Below are positions 42,356 to 53,648 of a stretch of DNA of 64,000 bases, in pieces. The notes under the pieces are model-generated. The model did not search any database, was not told the origin of the DNA, and saw nothing but the letters and a program-made list of their open reading frames with translations. Position 1 is the first letter of the stretch. Every line of letters starts with the position of its first letter. The translations under genes and the position numbers were made by a program. The stretch lies in assembly GCA_965214835.1 (NCBI GenBank), contig CBDCCK010000002.1, positions 2,688,001 to 2,752,000 of the forward strand, in the 5' to 3' direction. This DNA is from Nitrosopumilaceae archaeon (lineage in GTDB: Archaea > Thermoproteota > Nitrososphaeria > Nitrososphaerales > Nitrosopumilaceae).

Positions 42356-43453
42356 ATGCTAGATCAGCTTGTAGGTGGCTCTCGGGCACTTGAGAAGGCA
42401 ATGGCAGGCGAGGAGCTGTCCATTGATGACGGCGTAGATCTGATGAACCATGACAATCTTCACATGCTGGGCGCCGTTGCCGACAACCTCCGGCAAAAAT
42501 CCGTCGGCGACACGGTAACGTTTGCGGCTTCTTACTATATGAACTACACAAACGTCTGCGCTGCCAGCTGCCAGATGTGTGCGTTTTATCGCAAGGGCAG
42601 CGAGGATGACGCATACACCCTGACCCCGGGGCAGATAGAGCAGCGGGCCGGAATCGCCAAGCAGATGGGTGCCACCGAGGTCCACATAGTCGGCGGCTTT
42701 CATCCAAAACTTCCGTTGGAATACTATGAGGACATGATGCGCGTCATCAAGTCAAAGCACCCTGATCTGAACATCAAGGCATTTACCGCAGCTGAAATCT
42801 TCTTTTTGTCTAGGCTCACCAAGACCTCTGTAAAGGAAATCCTGTCCAGGCTAAGGGAGGCGGGCTTGGACTCAATGCCTGGAGGCGGGGCCGAGTTGTT
42901 CCATCCGGAGGTCAGAGGACATATCGTCCGTGGAAAATGTACCGGCCAGGAGTGGCTTGACACCATTGAGCAGGCCCACGGCCTGGGAATAAAAAGCAAT
43001 GTTACCATGCTTTACGGCCACATCGAAAAGCCCGAACACGTAGTTGATCACCTGATCAAAATCCGGGAGCTGCAAAAAAGGACCGCCGGCTTTATCACGT
43101 TGATCCCGCTAAAGTTCAGCCTCGACAACACCGAGCTTGAGACCGAGCACCAGGTGATGCATGAGTGCTCTAGCGTCTACGACCTCCGGGTGATTGCACT
43201 ATCCAGAATAATGCTGCACAACGTGCTTGATAACATCTCAGTCTACTGGGTTGCATACGGCAAAAAACTCGCACAGGTGGCCCTGTCCAACGGCGGTAGC
43301 GATCTGGTCGGCACCGCGTTCTCTGAGGAAATCTACCGCGCTGCAGGCAAGCCGACCGAGTCCTCAGTTGAGGAGCTTGCAACGTTAGTCAGGGAGATAG
43401 GAAGGCATCCTGTCCAAAGGGATACCTTTTTCAGGCAAATAAGGGCGTTTTAG
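42356..43453 (+). CDS. mqnE: Radical SAM protein, aminofutalosine synthase-like
   Basis: CxxxCxxC, IKAFTAAEI, SMPGGGAE; mqnD nearby. Confidence 0.75.
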   Translation: MLDQLVGGSRALEKAMAGEELSIDDGVDLMNHDNLHMLGAVADNLRQKSVGDTVTFAASYYMNYTNVCAASCQMCAFYRKGSEDDAYTLTPGQIEQRAGIAKQMGATEVHIVGGFHPKLPLEYYEDMMRVIKSKHPDLNIKAFTAAEIFFLSRLTKTSVKEILSRLREAGLDSMPGGGAELFHPEVRGHIVRGKCTGQEWLDTIEQAHGLGIKSNVTMLYGHIEKPEHVVDHLIKIRELQKRTAGFITLIPLKFSLDNTELETEHQVMHECSSVYDLRVIALSRIMLHNVLDNISVYWVAYGKKLAQVALSNGGSDLVGTAFSEEIYRAAGKPTESSVEELATLVREIGRHPVQRDTFFRQIRAF

Positions 43454-43546
43454 GATTTTATCCATCCGGATGCTTGAGGCCCGCTTTTCCTCCGGCCTTG
43501 CCTCAAGTCTATCTTCACTACCGCATCTGCACTGCCTACTCTCAGG

Positions 43547-43813
43547 TTGTGGACTGCCTCATCTGTCTGCTTTGGGGTGATTAGCAGCCCGCCAATCGAC
43601 AGAATCTATGATGCGGCCCTGGAAAGCGGCGCGCTGGGGGGAAAGCTGTTGGGAGCAGGCGGCGGCGGGCACTTTCTGTTCATCTGTGATCCGGACAGGC
43701 GCGAGGAGGTCTCGCGTGCCGTCGAGAAGCTGGACTGCAGGCAGATCAAGATAAACTTCGATGCCGAAGGCCTGCAGGTATGGCAAAAAAACAACGACCA
43801 CACCACGTACTGA
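43547..43813 (+). pseudogene. GHMP kinase (heptose-7-phosphate kinase-like) C-terminal fragment
   Basis: GALGGKLLGAGGGG only; N-terminus absent. Confidence 0.75.
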
Positions 43814-43852
43814 CATTCAAACAATTTAATACCATATGCTGAAATCCAAGGC

Positions 43853-44557
43853 ATGGAGCACGCTCGCTTTATAGAGCATCAGCTGCAGAGCAGCATAGAC
43901 GCAAAAAGGCTGCTCCTGCAGGACATCCGGACGATTCAAAAGATCGGGGAATCCATGATAAGATCCATCAATTCGGGCCACAGCATGTTCTTACTTGGAA
44001 ACGGGGGCAGCGCAGCTGACGTGCAGCACATGGCAGCCGAGCTTGTAGGGCTGTTCGACCATGACATAAAGAGGGCAGCACTGCCCGCAGCTGCCCTGAC
44101 CACCAACTCATCTGTCCTTACCGCGTACGAGGTCACCTACCATCATCAGTTAGGCATGAATTAGCATGAATGATTGTGATCTTCGTGCCTAGCTAGCAAG
44201 GGGACGTGACCACATACCTTACCGCAGTATCCAACGACATCTCCTTTGATGCCGCATTCTCAAGGCAGGTCGAGGCCTTTCAAAAAGGGCGACGTGGTGG
44301 TGGCCACAAGCACCTCCGGGCGCTCAAAAAACGTCATCGAGGCGGCAAGGCTTGCCAGGAAAAAGGGCGCCCTCACAGTTGCCCTTACCGGCAAAAGCAA
44401 GAGTCCGCTGTCAAGGATTGCAGACATCTCCATGCATGTCCCCTCAAACGACACCCAAAGGGTTCAAGAGCGCCACATCACGATAGGCCACATCCTTTGT
44501 GCAATGGTTGAGGGCTCCCTCGGGCCCGGCTTCATTCGGGCCCAAAAGAAGGCTTGA
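43853..44557 (+). pseudogene. gmhA: Phosphoheptose isomerase, MITE-interrupted and frameshifted
   Basis: GNGGSAAD.QH.AAE, STSG.S.N, QE.H motifs. Confidence 0.85.
44125..44217. mobile_element. MITE family C (93 bp)
   Basis: GTACGAGGTCACCT...ACGTGACCACATAC; 8-bp TSD CTTACCGC. Confidence 0.9.
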
Positions 44558-44578
44558 TATAGCATCGCACTTTGCCCA

Positions 44579-45545
44579 ATGATATTGAAGGTATTGATTA
44601 CCGGAATTACCGGCTTTGTGGGAAGCCACCTGGCCGAGTACATCCTAAAGCAGCACCCGGACTGCGAGATCCATGGCGGCTCTAGGTGGAGAAGCAACCT
44701 GCAAAACATCAGGCACCTGACGGGGGAGGATCTCCTTGCACGACTTTGAGCTGCGCGACGAAAAATCCGTATACAACGTAGTCAGCGATGTCCGGCCCGA
44801 CAGGATATTCCACCTTGCGGCCCAGTCCTACGTGATGTCAAGCTACGAGTCCCCGCGTGATACCATTGAGACAAACGTCGTTGGAACGCTGAATCTTTTC
44901 GAACCCATCAGAAAGTCAGACATTGATCCCGTCGTGCATGTGTGCAGCTCTTCTGAGGTGTACGGCGACGTCGGTCCTGAGGACATGCCCATCAAGGAGA
45001 CTAGGGAGATGAGGCCTGTCAGCCCGTACGCCCTGAGCAAGGTCGGCGAGGACAGGCTCGGATACCAGTACTTTGACTCCTATGGAATCAAGAACATCAT
45101 GACCCGGGCGTTCACCCATACCGGCCCGCGCAGGGGGGACGTGTTTGCCGAGTCCAGCTTTGCCAGGCAGATAGCAGAGATTGAGAACGGGAGGCGCGAT
45201 CCCGTCGTCAGCGTGGGCAATCTGGACTCTGTACGGACCTTCCTTGACGTGCGCGACATCGTTGCCGCATACTGGCAGCTGACCGAAAAATGCGTTCCAG
45301 GCGAGGCCTACAACATCGGCGGAAATACCACGATGACGGTAGGCGAGATGCTTGAGATGATGACAGGCATGAGCGACCGGGAGATCACGACACGGCAGGA
45401 TCCAAATCGCATGAGGCCCTCCGATGTCACGCTGCAGATTCCAGACATATCCAAGTTTGTTGAGAAGACCGGCTGGGAGCCTGCAATCCCGGTTGAAAAG
45501 ACGTTCGGGGATCTCTTGGACTACTGGCGCGATCTGACCAAATAG
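44579..45545 (+). pseudogene. GDP-mannose 4,6-dehydratase-like SDR, +1 frameshift at a G5 run (about 44722-44726)
   Basis: ITGITGFVG N-terminus is out of frame with HLAAQSYV, SSSEVYG, YALSK. Confidence 0.8.
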
Positions 45546-45566
45546 GGGATTGTCGGGGGCTGTGAC

Positions 45567-46514
45567 TTGGCAAAAAGGCTGCTGGTTCTTGGCGCAAGCG
45601 GGCTGACCGGATACAAGATAGCAAGCCTTGCATCGGGGCGGTACGACGTACTTGGGACGTACAATGCCAGAGAAACCCGGATCAAGGGCTGCCAGACAAG
45701 GAGGGCTGACGTCACCGACGAGGCTGGGCTGGGGGATCTCTTCTCTGCGTTTGGGCCTGACATTGTCATAAACACGACTGCGCTGCACAGCGTTGATTTC
45801 TGCGAGGACAACCCGTCCCAGGCCTTTTCTGTCAACGGCAAGGCAGTGGGATTCATGAGGAAATACTGCGACGAATACGGTTCCCGGCTCGTGCACATAT
45901 CTACAGACTATGTGTTTGACGGGGGCAGCAGCTCGCCGTACTCTGAGACTGACGTCCCAATGCCGATCAACAAGTACGGCGAGTCCAAGCTGTCCGGTGA
46001 GAAGGTACTGGAGGGCTCGCCACACGTGGTTGTGCGGCCCAGCGTAGTCTATGGGTGGACCCCCCGGGAGCTGTCCGGTGCCGTCTCCAGCTCGGGCAAG
46101 CCGATGAACTTTGCAATGTGGCTGCTGATGAAGCTGCACAACGGCCAGACGCTGGATATCGTAACTGACCAGTTTGCCACGGCCACCTTGGCCGACTCGC
46201 TGGCCGAGGCCTCCCTGAAGCTTGCAGGTACGGGGGAAGGCGGCATCTTTCATGTCGCCGGGGCCTCCTGCGAGAGCAGGTTTGACTTTGGCGTAAAGCT
46301 TGCACGGGAGTTTGGGTTTGATGCAGGCCTTATCCGTCCCGCCCGCTCCTCGCAGCTTGGTCAAAAGGCAAAAAGGCCCCCGTTTTCCTGCCTGGACTGC
46401 AGCAAGGCAGCCGAGCTTGGCCTGAGCCTTCTCAGCACCGAGGAGTCCCTGAAGATAATGAAGAGGCAGGTGCTCTCCGAGTCCCCGGACCTGCTTCCGG
46501 GTGTCGGCAGGTGA
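45567..46514 (+). CDS. dTDP-4-dehydrorhamnose reductase-like SDR
   Basis: GASGLTG, HISTDYVFDG, YGESK. Confidence 0.85.
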   Translation: MAKRLLVLGASGLTGYKIASLASGRYDVLGTYNARETRIKGCQTRRADVTDEAGLGDLFSAFGPDIVINTTALHSVDFCEDNPSQAFSVNGKAVGFMRKYCDEYGSRLVHISTDYVFDGGSSSPYSETDVPMPINKYGESKLSGEKVLEGSPHVVVRPSVVYGWTPRELSGAVSSSGKPMNFAMWLLMKLHNGQTLDIVTDQFATATLADSLAEASLKLAGTGEGGIFHVAGASCESRFDFGVKLAREFGFDAGLIRPARSSQLGQKAKRPPFSCLDCSKAAELGLSLLSTEESLKIMKRQVLSESPDLLPGVGR

Positions 46515-46566
46515 GCCCACCCCTCTTTTGATGGCGTGTTGCACAACTCTGGTTTCAGGCACGAAG

Positions 46567-46832
46567 GTACGAGGCCGCCTACCCTTCACAGTGGGTTAAA
46601 CATTGATGGCGATACTGATCCATAGATACGAGGTAACGTCCCCTTGCTGGCCAGGCATGACGACCCAGCCAAGTGAAAAGTACTAGGAAATCGAGTAAAA
46701 ACAAAAGCTGGGCAGGAGGCACGATGCCTCAACAACAAGACAGAGGCAATAATCCCGTTTACATTTCACTTGGCTGAAACCACAGATGCGTGCAAGTTTG
46801 TGCCTAGCTGCCAAGGGCAGGTGACCTTGTAC
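46567..46832. mobile_element. Degenerate IS66-type-2-derived MITE(s)
   Basis: GTACGAGGCCGCCT start, internal ATACGAGGTAACGTCCCC, end AGGTGACCTTGTAC. Confidence 0.6.
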
Positions 46833-46942
46833 CGTCCTACTGCTTGGCAAATTGATGGAAAATCCAGACGTTCACGCGGTTTTGAATTATGAATCACTTT
46901 TCTGTTCCCAGCAGGCATGTGCTAATCCCTGCGTGAATCAGC

Positions 46943-47227
46943 CTACATCCCTATGTCCGGCTTTTTCTCAACCCGCTTGGCGCCACCCCTGCGCTTTCTT
47001 CTTGCACCAAATGATATCAAAACCAGCAAAAATCCGACGCCTACCAGTATGCCCGCAAGCGTGTTCATGTCCTGGCCTTCGCGCTGCTTTAGGATCAGAT
47101 CCATGGCCTCATCTGCAGACATTTCCGAGGTGCCCACCGGCGCCTGTGAGCTGATGTACAGTGACAGGGAGATGCCTACAATCAACATGGCCGCGCCCCC
47201 GGCAAGGATTCGCCTGTCCACTAGCAT
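46943..47227 (-). CDS. Small membrane protein
   Basis: Two TM helices and a basic tail. Confidence 0.7.
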   Translation of the reverse strand: MLVDRRILAGGAAMLIVGISLSLYISSQAPVGTSEMSADEAMDLILKQREGQDMNTLAGILVGVGFLLVLISFGARRKRRGGAKRVEKKPDIGM

Positions 47228-47522
47228 GAAGCCTATTTTGAGTTGACCATATTTAGAGTATTTTACGGCCGGCGTCTCATCCCGTAAACTCTGTTGTATT
47301 AGAAAAAATTGGCCAAAGGCAGTGTGTTACGAGGTCTTGCCTGTACACCGAAGTAATGACTTGGGAGCCGGTAAAGCTCCACTGATCTCTTACAACGCCT
47401 TTGGCAATACCCATAGGGCGTAATCGTATTTAGGATGGATCCGTGCAAGATTAAACAAACGTTTAGGTTCCCGAGATGCCAACTCCGATGGCCTGTCCCA
47501 TATCTGAAAAAAGCCTGCCTGG

Positions 47523-48359
47523 TTACCGGGGGGCAATCTGCAGCTCAAAGTCGGGAACCAGCCCCTCCTTTCTTGCCATCTCAAAGACCCTCCTGATTGA
47601 CCTTTCGCCTGCCTCCCCCATGTTTACGGTCACCTCGTTTACGTACATTTTTACAAACTTTGAGATTAGCTCCCTGTCCTTTCCCCTGCCGTACTTCATG
47701 GAATACTCTAGCGCATCCTCAAAGTTCTCTCTCCCGTACTCGATTGACGCCTGCAGGTACCTGTCGAATTTTACAATGGCCCCCTCACCCAGACTGGTCT
47801 TCATCACGTTGACTCCCAGGGGCACCGGCAGCCCGCCGGTTTCTTTGTCCCACCACTCGCCGACATCCAGGATTTTGACGTTTCCCTCCTGCGAGTATGA
47901 CAGCTGGGTCTCATGTATGACCAGCCCCGCATCTGCCCTTCCATCCCTTACCGCCTTTGGAATGTCGCTAAAGTTCATCACGACATGATCAAACCTTCCA
48001 ATCATCAGCTGTAATAGCAAAAACGCCGAGGTCATCACTCCCGGAATCGCAATCCTTGATTTTTTTATCTCGTCTACCGTCATTTCTTTTCTGGCAGTAA
48101 CAATCGGACCATAGCCCAATCCGAAGCTGCCGCCGCTCCTCAGGATTGTATACCCCGGAATGTGTGCACATGCGTGAACAGAGACCGCAGTCACGTCCAA
48201 ATCCGGATTTGCCGCCCTGCGATTCAGCTTTTCAATGTCCTCAATTACGTGTTTGACCGTAAAGCCAGGCGACCCCACCCTGCCTGTGAACATCCCGTAG
48301 AACATGAATGCGTCATCTGAATCCGGCGTGTGGCCCACTGAGACCTTCAATACCCACAC
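47523..48359 (-). CDS. mqnD: 1,4-dihydroxy-6-naphthoate synthase-like protein
   Basis: GHTPDSDDAFMFY, GYGP, IHE, PLG motifs. Confidence 0.85.
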   Translation of the reverse strand: MWVLKVSVGHTPDSDDAFMFYGMFTGRVGSPGFTVKHVIEDIEKLNRRAANPDLDVTAVSVHACAHIPGYTILRSGGSFGLGYGPIVTARKEMTVDEIKKSRIAIPGVMTSAFLLLQLMIGRFDHVVMNFSDIPKAVRDGRADAGLVIHETQLSYSQEGNVKILDVGEWWDKETGGLPVPLGVNVMKTSLGEGAIVKFDRYLQASIEYGRENFEDALEYSMKYGRGKDRELISKFVKMYVNEVTVNMGEAGERSIRRVFEMARKEGLVPDFELQIAPR

Positions 48360-48418
48360 GGGTTTGCCTCGGTATAAAAATCAAATAATTCAAGTAGTGC
48401 CAAAACCCAGACCCCACG

Positions 48419-49324
48419 TTGGATACGATATCTGCGTTTGAGTCTGATGTCAAGCTACAGCTGGGGTATCTAAAGTCATTTGTTCCGCAAGTCCCGCTAC
48501 CTGAGAGCGTGCAGAAAAGATCGGTCTTTTGCGGCAGTGGGGACTCTCTGTCTGCTGCCATGCTTGCCGAGTCCTTTTCTGACTGTTCCGTGCGCAGTGC
48601 AGATCCGCTTGATATCGTCAGAAACGGAAGGATCACCGCAGGAAAGCGCCTGTACCTGGTATCCATATCCGGCAATACGGCCTCTAACATCCGTGCATCA
48701 AGGACTGTAGCACATTCCGTCGCAGTTACCGCATCAAAGAATAGCCGGCTGGACAGGGCGTGCTCTAGGACCATTCTTTTGCAATATCCTAGCTCTGGCG
48801 TGTTCACTGCCGGCAGCGTGGGCTATCTGGCAAGCGCGCTGGCCTGCATATCGCTTGTCTCCAAAATCCGGATTACAAACGCAGAAAGGATCTTTGAGGC
48901 CGCAAGGCGTGATGCCTCAAGATCCCGCCTGACCGGAGGCTCCTTCGTGCTGGGCACCTTTCTGACGTATCCCGTTGCCATGTACTGTGCGGCAAAGTTT
49001 TGTGAGATTCTGGGTGCCGCATCCCAGTATGAGCGGATTGAGCAGTTCTCACACATGGGCCTGTTCTCGGCTAGGCCAAAGGACACCGTCTTGCTCTTTG
49101 AGCAAAAGAGCCCCCACGCCCAGCGCCTGGCCGGGAACCTCAAAAAGCTGGGCCTGAACGTGGTTTGGCCGCAAGTCGGGGGCAGCAAGATACAGCGGAT
49201 CCTGTACCTGGTATTTTTTTCACAGTTTCTGGCCCTACACGAGGCAAGGCGCAGGGGGCTGCGCGACTGCTACTTTGTTACTGCAGCAAAGGCCAGAAAC
49301 GCAAGCTCTGATATGATTTACTGA
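48419..49324 (+). CDS. SIS-domain sugar isomerase
   Basis: GSGDS, SISG.T, EQFSH. Confidence 0.75.
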   Translation: MDTISAFESDVKLQLGYLKSFVPQVPLPESVQKRSVFCGSGDSLSAAMLAESFSDCSVRSADPLDIVRNGRITAGKRLYLVSISGNTASNIRASRTVAHSVAVTASKNSRLDRACSRTILLQYPSSGVFTAGSVGYLASALACISLVSKIRITNAERIFEAARRDASRSRLTGGSFVLGTFLTYPVAMYCAAKFCEILGAASQYERIEQFSHMGLFSARPKDTVLLFEQKSPHAQRLAGNLKKLGLNVVWPQVGGSKIQRILYLVFFSQFLALHEARRRGLRDCYFVTAAKARNASSDMIY

Positions 49325-49623
49325 CAGCTGGGTGCCGGCCGGATCCTACCCGGAAGAGTCAGACGCAGTGTGCACACAAAAAAACGGATCATAATCATGA
49401 CGCATCGCGCCTGCTTTGATAAAAAATGATCCGCTCTCAACGGTGCGCACCGGCGGTACTGCGCGAGATGATCCCACTGCAAAAGAGGAATGTGCGTTCA
49501 GTGATCACGCTGGCCTGTTGGCAAAACCCCGCATCTCTGCGGACAAGGATTCCGGGAGGATCAGCTTGGGATTTCTTTCCCAAAATGGTTAGGTTTAATA
49601 GATGAATAACTCGGCTTGCGGAT

Positions 49624-51816
49624 ATGGTAAAGTACAAGTCAACCGATCAGGTCCTCAAAATCATCAAGAACAAGGATCAAATCAGAAACTTTGGCGTCAT
49701 CGCCCACGTTGACCACGGCAAGACTACAATGAGCGACAGCCTCCTGGCATACTCTGGGATTATAGCCCCATCTGCTGCAGGCAGCGCGCTTGCAATGGAC
49801 TTTGACAAGGAGGAGCAGCAGAGGGGAATTACCATTTACCAGGCAAACGTAACATTGCACTTTACAAAAGACGAAAAAGAGTACGTCATCAACATGATTG
49901 ACACCCCCGGACACGTCGACTTTAGCGGAAGGGTCATCCGGAGCCTCAGAGCCATTGACGGCGCAGTAGTGGTATGCGATGCAGTGGAGGGCATCATGAC
50001 TCAGACTGAGACTGTGACTAGGATGGCGCTAGAGGAGCGTGTCAGGCCTGTACTGTTCATCAACAAGGTAGACCGGCTCATCAAGGAGCTCAGGCTGACC
50101 CCTGAGAAGATGCAAGAACAGCTTGCAAACGTTGTCTCCAACTTCAATCAGCTCGTAGAGACCTATGCCGAGCCCGAATACAGGGAAAAATGGAAGGTGT
50201 CAATCCAGGACGCCAGCGTGACGTTTGGCTCTGCAAAGGACAGGTGGGCAATCAACATCGACCTGATGAAGGAGCACGGCATCACCTTCAAGGACGTCAT
50301 AGACGCGTACGGCGGGGACAAGGTTGCAGACCTTGTAGAAAAGGCGCCGCTTGCCGATGCCGTCCTGGGAATGGTCGTAAAGCACCACCCTGATCCGTCC
50401 GAGGCCGTAAAGTACAGGATCCCGCAAATCTGGAAGGGTGACCTGGACTCTGACGTTGGCAAGGCGCTGCTTGCGTGCAGCGACGACGGACCCACGATCA
50501 TGATGATAGTAAACATGGTACTTGACAAGGCCGCAGGACCCGTTGCAATAGGGAGGCTGTTCTCTGGCACGGTAAAAGACGGCCAGACGATCAACATCAT
50601 TGACGCAAAGCGGGAGGGCAGGATCCAGTCTGTCAACTTTTTCATGGGTAACCAGAGAGAGCAGGTCGGCGAGCTTGGCGCCGGAAACATTCCTGCGCTC
50701 CTAGGGCTGACTGAGGCCAGGGCCGGAAACACGATTTCCACCGTGAAGGGCATTCCGATGTTTGAGGGCGTCAAGTATGTCTCCGAGCCCGTCGTCCAGG
50801 TGGCAGTAGAGCCAAAGCATCCCAAGGATCTGCCAAAGCTGGTGGATGTTCTCAAGCAGCTTACGATTGAGGATCCCAACCTGATAGTAAAAATCGACGA
50901 GGAGAGCGGCGAGACGATCGTTGCGGGGATGGGGGTGCTGCACCTAGACGTTGCAACGCACCGCATCGAGGATGCCGGAGTCGACATTGTGACCTCAGAG
51001 CCGCTGATCAACTATAGGGAAACCGTAAAGGCCGGATGCGAGCCAATCATGTCAAAGTCGCCAAACAGGCACAACAAGATCTTCATGAAGGTGGAACCAC
51101 TGGAGCCTGAAATTGCCCAGATGCTCAGAACCGGCGAGATCAGCGAGATGAAGGACAAAAAGGTCGTAGCAGACCTGCTCAAGGGCGTAGGGTGGGACAC
51201 TGACACCATCAAGAGGGTGATGAGGTTTGACTCCCGCGGAAACGTCCTGATCAACGGCACCAAGGGCGTGCAGTTTGTCCAAGAGTCCACCGACTCTATC
51301 AACTCCGGATTCGACGAGGTGATGAAGGAGGGCCCCCTCTGCAGGGAGCAGATGAGGGACTGCAAGTTCATCTTCACCCACTTTGTGCCCCACGAGGATA
51401 CCGCACACAGGGGGCTTTCACAGCTGGGGCCCGCCTCAAGGCGCGCATGTACCGGCGCACTGCTGACTGCCGGCACCACTGTCCTAGAGCCGATGCTGGC
51501 AATCGAGGTCCGCGTGCCGACTGACGTTGTTGGAAACGTCGCCACGGTCCTTTCCGGCAAGCGCGGCAAGGTGCTTGGCATGTCCCAAAAGGGCGCCTCC
51601 AGCATTGTCACCGGCGAGATTCCGGCCTCTGAGACCTTTACCCTGTCTGAGGAGATGAGGGGCCAGACTGCCGGCCGCGCAACCTGGAACACCTCCTTTA
51701 AGGAGTGGACCGAGGTTCCAAAGTCGATGCTGGCCCCCGCAATTGCCGACATCAGAAAGCGGAAGGGACTGGCCCCTGACCCGCCGCAGGTCGGTGAGTT
51801 CATAGACAGGGAGTAA
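49624..51816 (+). CDS. fusA: Translation elongation factor EF-2
   Basis: AHVDHGKT, RGITI, DTPGH, NKVD; diphthamide loop HEDTAHRG. Confidence 0.97.
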   Translation: MVKYKSTDQVLKIIKNKDQIRNFGVIAHVDHGKTTMSDSLLAYSGIIAPSAAGSALAMDFDKEEQQRGITIYQANVTLHFTKDEKEYVINMIDTPGHVDFSGRVIRSLRAIDGAVVVCDAVEGIMTQTETVTRMALEERVRPVLFINKVDRLIKELRLTPEKMQEQLANVVSNFNQLVETYAEPEYREKWKVSIQDASVTFGSAKDRWAINIDLMKEHGITFKDVIDAYGGDKVADLVEKAPLADAVLGMVVKHHPDPSEAVKYRIPQIWKGDLDSDVGKALLACSDDGPTIMMIVNMVLDKAAGPVAIGRLFSGTVKDGQTINIIDAKREGRIQSVNFFMGNQREQVGELGAGNIPALLGLTEARAGNTISTVKGIPMFEGVKYVSEPVVQVAVEPKHPKDLPKLVDVLKQLTIEDPNLIVKIDEESGETIVAGMGVLHLDVATHRIEDAGVDIVTSEPLINYRETVKAGCEPIMSKSPNRHNKIFMKVEPLEPEIAQMLRTGEISEMKDKKVVADLLKGVGWDTDTIKRVMRFDSRGNVLINGTKGVQFVQESTDSINSGFDEVMKEGPLCREQMRDCKFIFTHFVPHEDTAHRGLSQLGPASRRACTGALLTAGTTVLEPMLAIEVRVPTDVVGNVATVLSGKRGKVLGMSQKGASSIVTGEIPASETFTLSEEMRGQTAGRATWNTSFKEWTEVPKSMLAPAIADIRKRKGLAPDPPQVGEFIDRE

Positions 51817-52071
51817 GAATAAAACGACGGTTCGGTAGGTTTTTGCTTGATGACCGTGGGCCTGAACGCGTAAAAACAGCTAATTTTGCATGATGTCACG
51901 TCTCCTGCCGGCCGGGCACGAGGATCACCGATGCGTGCAGTCCTGTGCCTGGCTGCCAAGGGGAGGCGCCCCGCACAATTTTTTTGCGTCCAAAACCTGG
52001 GTTATGTAGCAAGGTCGTATTACTGCAGAGACGCGGGTGCCATCTGGCGGCCAGACACTTATTTTCACACG

Positions 52072-53283
52072 CTAGGGGCCTGATTTGAACGCATTCCTCA
52101 GCAGAATCGGCGCGATAAATATCGTAGCTAGGATCACAAAGACGACTGTAGAGTATACCTCGTCTGAGAGCACTCCGGAGGCAAGCCCTATTCCCGCCAC
52201 GATAAAGGACACCTCTCCCCTGGCAACCATGCCAAACCCTATCCGAAACCCCATTTTCCTGCTTTTGAGCAGAAGGGATGCGGGTATTCCGCAGCCAAAA
52301 AGCTTTGAAGACACTGCTACTGTCAGAACAATCCCAAACAAGACCCAGTTGATCGACGAGACCTGCGTTATGTCCACGTGGGCGCCTATTATAGCAAAAA
52401 ATAGCGGGGCGACGATTACCCTCAGCCTCCCAACAAACTCGCGAACCTGCACTGCAAGCCTTGATCCTGCAAGGCCCATCCCTGCGGTAAATGCGCCCAC
52501 AATGGGATTGAGCCCAACGCTGGACGCTATTGCGGCCAAGCCAAAGGCCGAGCCCAACGCCACCCCCTGCCGCGTGCCCCTGGCCTCCAGCGTGGACGGA
52601 TGCGTCCTTGAGACGACGTGTACGATCTTTGGCAGAACAAAGACTGCGCCAAGCAGTATCAGGAACCAGAATCCAACCTCGATGGCAGCAGTCATTGCAA
52701 CGGATGCCATTGTCGGGGCCGTCTTTAGCGTGACCAGTGAGACCACTGCAGAAAGGATCGCCAGGCCCAAGACATCATCTAGGACCGCCGCATTTACCAA
52801 GATGTTTCCCTCCCTGGTCTTTTCCTTTCCCAACTCCTCCAGGATTACGACGGAGATTGCAATGCTTGTGGCGCTAAGCGTTGCGCCGACCAAGGCGGCA
52901 GCCGTCCAGTCAAACCCCATCCAGAGCATGGCAAAATATCCCGCAACAAGGGGCACTATCGCACCCAGGGTGCCTATTACCGCGGCCCTCGGGCCCGCCC
53001 TGATCAGATCCTGGAACGTAAAGTGCAGCCCCGCAGAAAACAAGATTATGATTCCGGAGATCTGCCACAGGCCCAGCATCATCTCGTTTAGATCCACAAC
53101 CGGCCTGTCAAAGACCGGAACCAGTCCCCCCAGGGCAGCAGGACCCAGCACAATTCCCGCAAAGACAAACCCGATGACCTCTGGGATTTTAAAGCGCATG
53201 CACAGCTTCCCAAAAAGCAGTGCAGGCAGAACCAGAAACAAGACACCGATGATTGTAGGGACTACGTCAAACTCGGATACCAT
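52072..53283 (-). CDS. CPA2 cation:proton antiporter
   Basis: Multi-TM; SATS, AAVLDD, RGE motifs. Confidence 0.9.
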   Translation of the reverse strand: MVSEFDVVPTIIGVLFLVLPALLFGKLCMRFKIPEVIGFVFAGIVLGPAALGGLVPVFDRPVVDLNEMMLGLWQISGIIILFSAGLHFTFQDLIRAGPRAAVIGTLGAIVPLVAGYFAMLWMGFDWTAAALVGATLSATSIAISVVILEELGKEKTREGNILVNAAVLDDVLGLAILSAVVSLVTLKTAPTMASVAMTAAIEVGFWFLILLGAVFVLPKIVHVVSRTHPSTLEARGTRQGVALGSAFGLAAIASSVGLNPIVGAFTAGMGLAGSRLAVQVREFVGRLRVIVAPLFFAIIGAHVDITQVSSINWVLFGIVLTVAVSSKLFGCGIPASLLLKSRKMGFRIGFGMVARGEVSFIVAGIGLASGVLSDEVYSTVVFVILATIFIAPILLRNAFKSGP

Positions 53284-53447
53284 TTACTCCCGGCCTTAGA
53301 TTATGGAAAAGCCATAATATCCTTTTGCAAGCCCTTGCCACTTGGCATGCAGTGATCCTGCTGCCTGAGCATGGGAGTCTTGCACCGGCATGGACCGGGG
53401 CCGCGTGGCCCGACAGCTGATACACGATTTTTATACATGACTCTTGA

Positions 53448-53648
53448 TTGGAGGGCATGGCTGAATTCTCACAGATTGATGAAAGAATAAGGTCACTTGA
53501 TGTCCCAATGTCTGAGCTGATCGAATACTTTAGAACCAAGTGCACGGAGTGCGGACATCATCGAATCATGCATGACGAGCAGGGCGCCTGCGGGGGCGTG
53601 ATGAACAAGCCATGCATGTCGGGATGCGACAAGTTCTACCCAGAATAG
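53448..53648 (+). CDS. Small Cys/His Zn-binding protein
   Basis: C..CGH....H...C......C...C pattern. Confidence 0.65.
   Translation: MEGMAEFSQIDERIRSLDVPMSELIEYFRTKCTECGHHRIMHDEQGACGGVMNKPCMSGCDKFYPE

Noticed and set aside
49624-51816. Atypical EF-2 paralogue
   Set aside because: The GTPase motifs and diphthamide His loop are intact; this is an ordinary EF-2.
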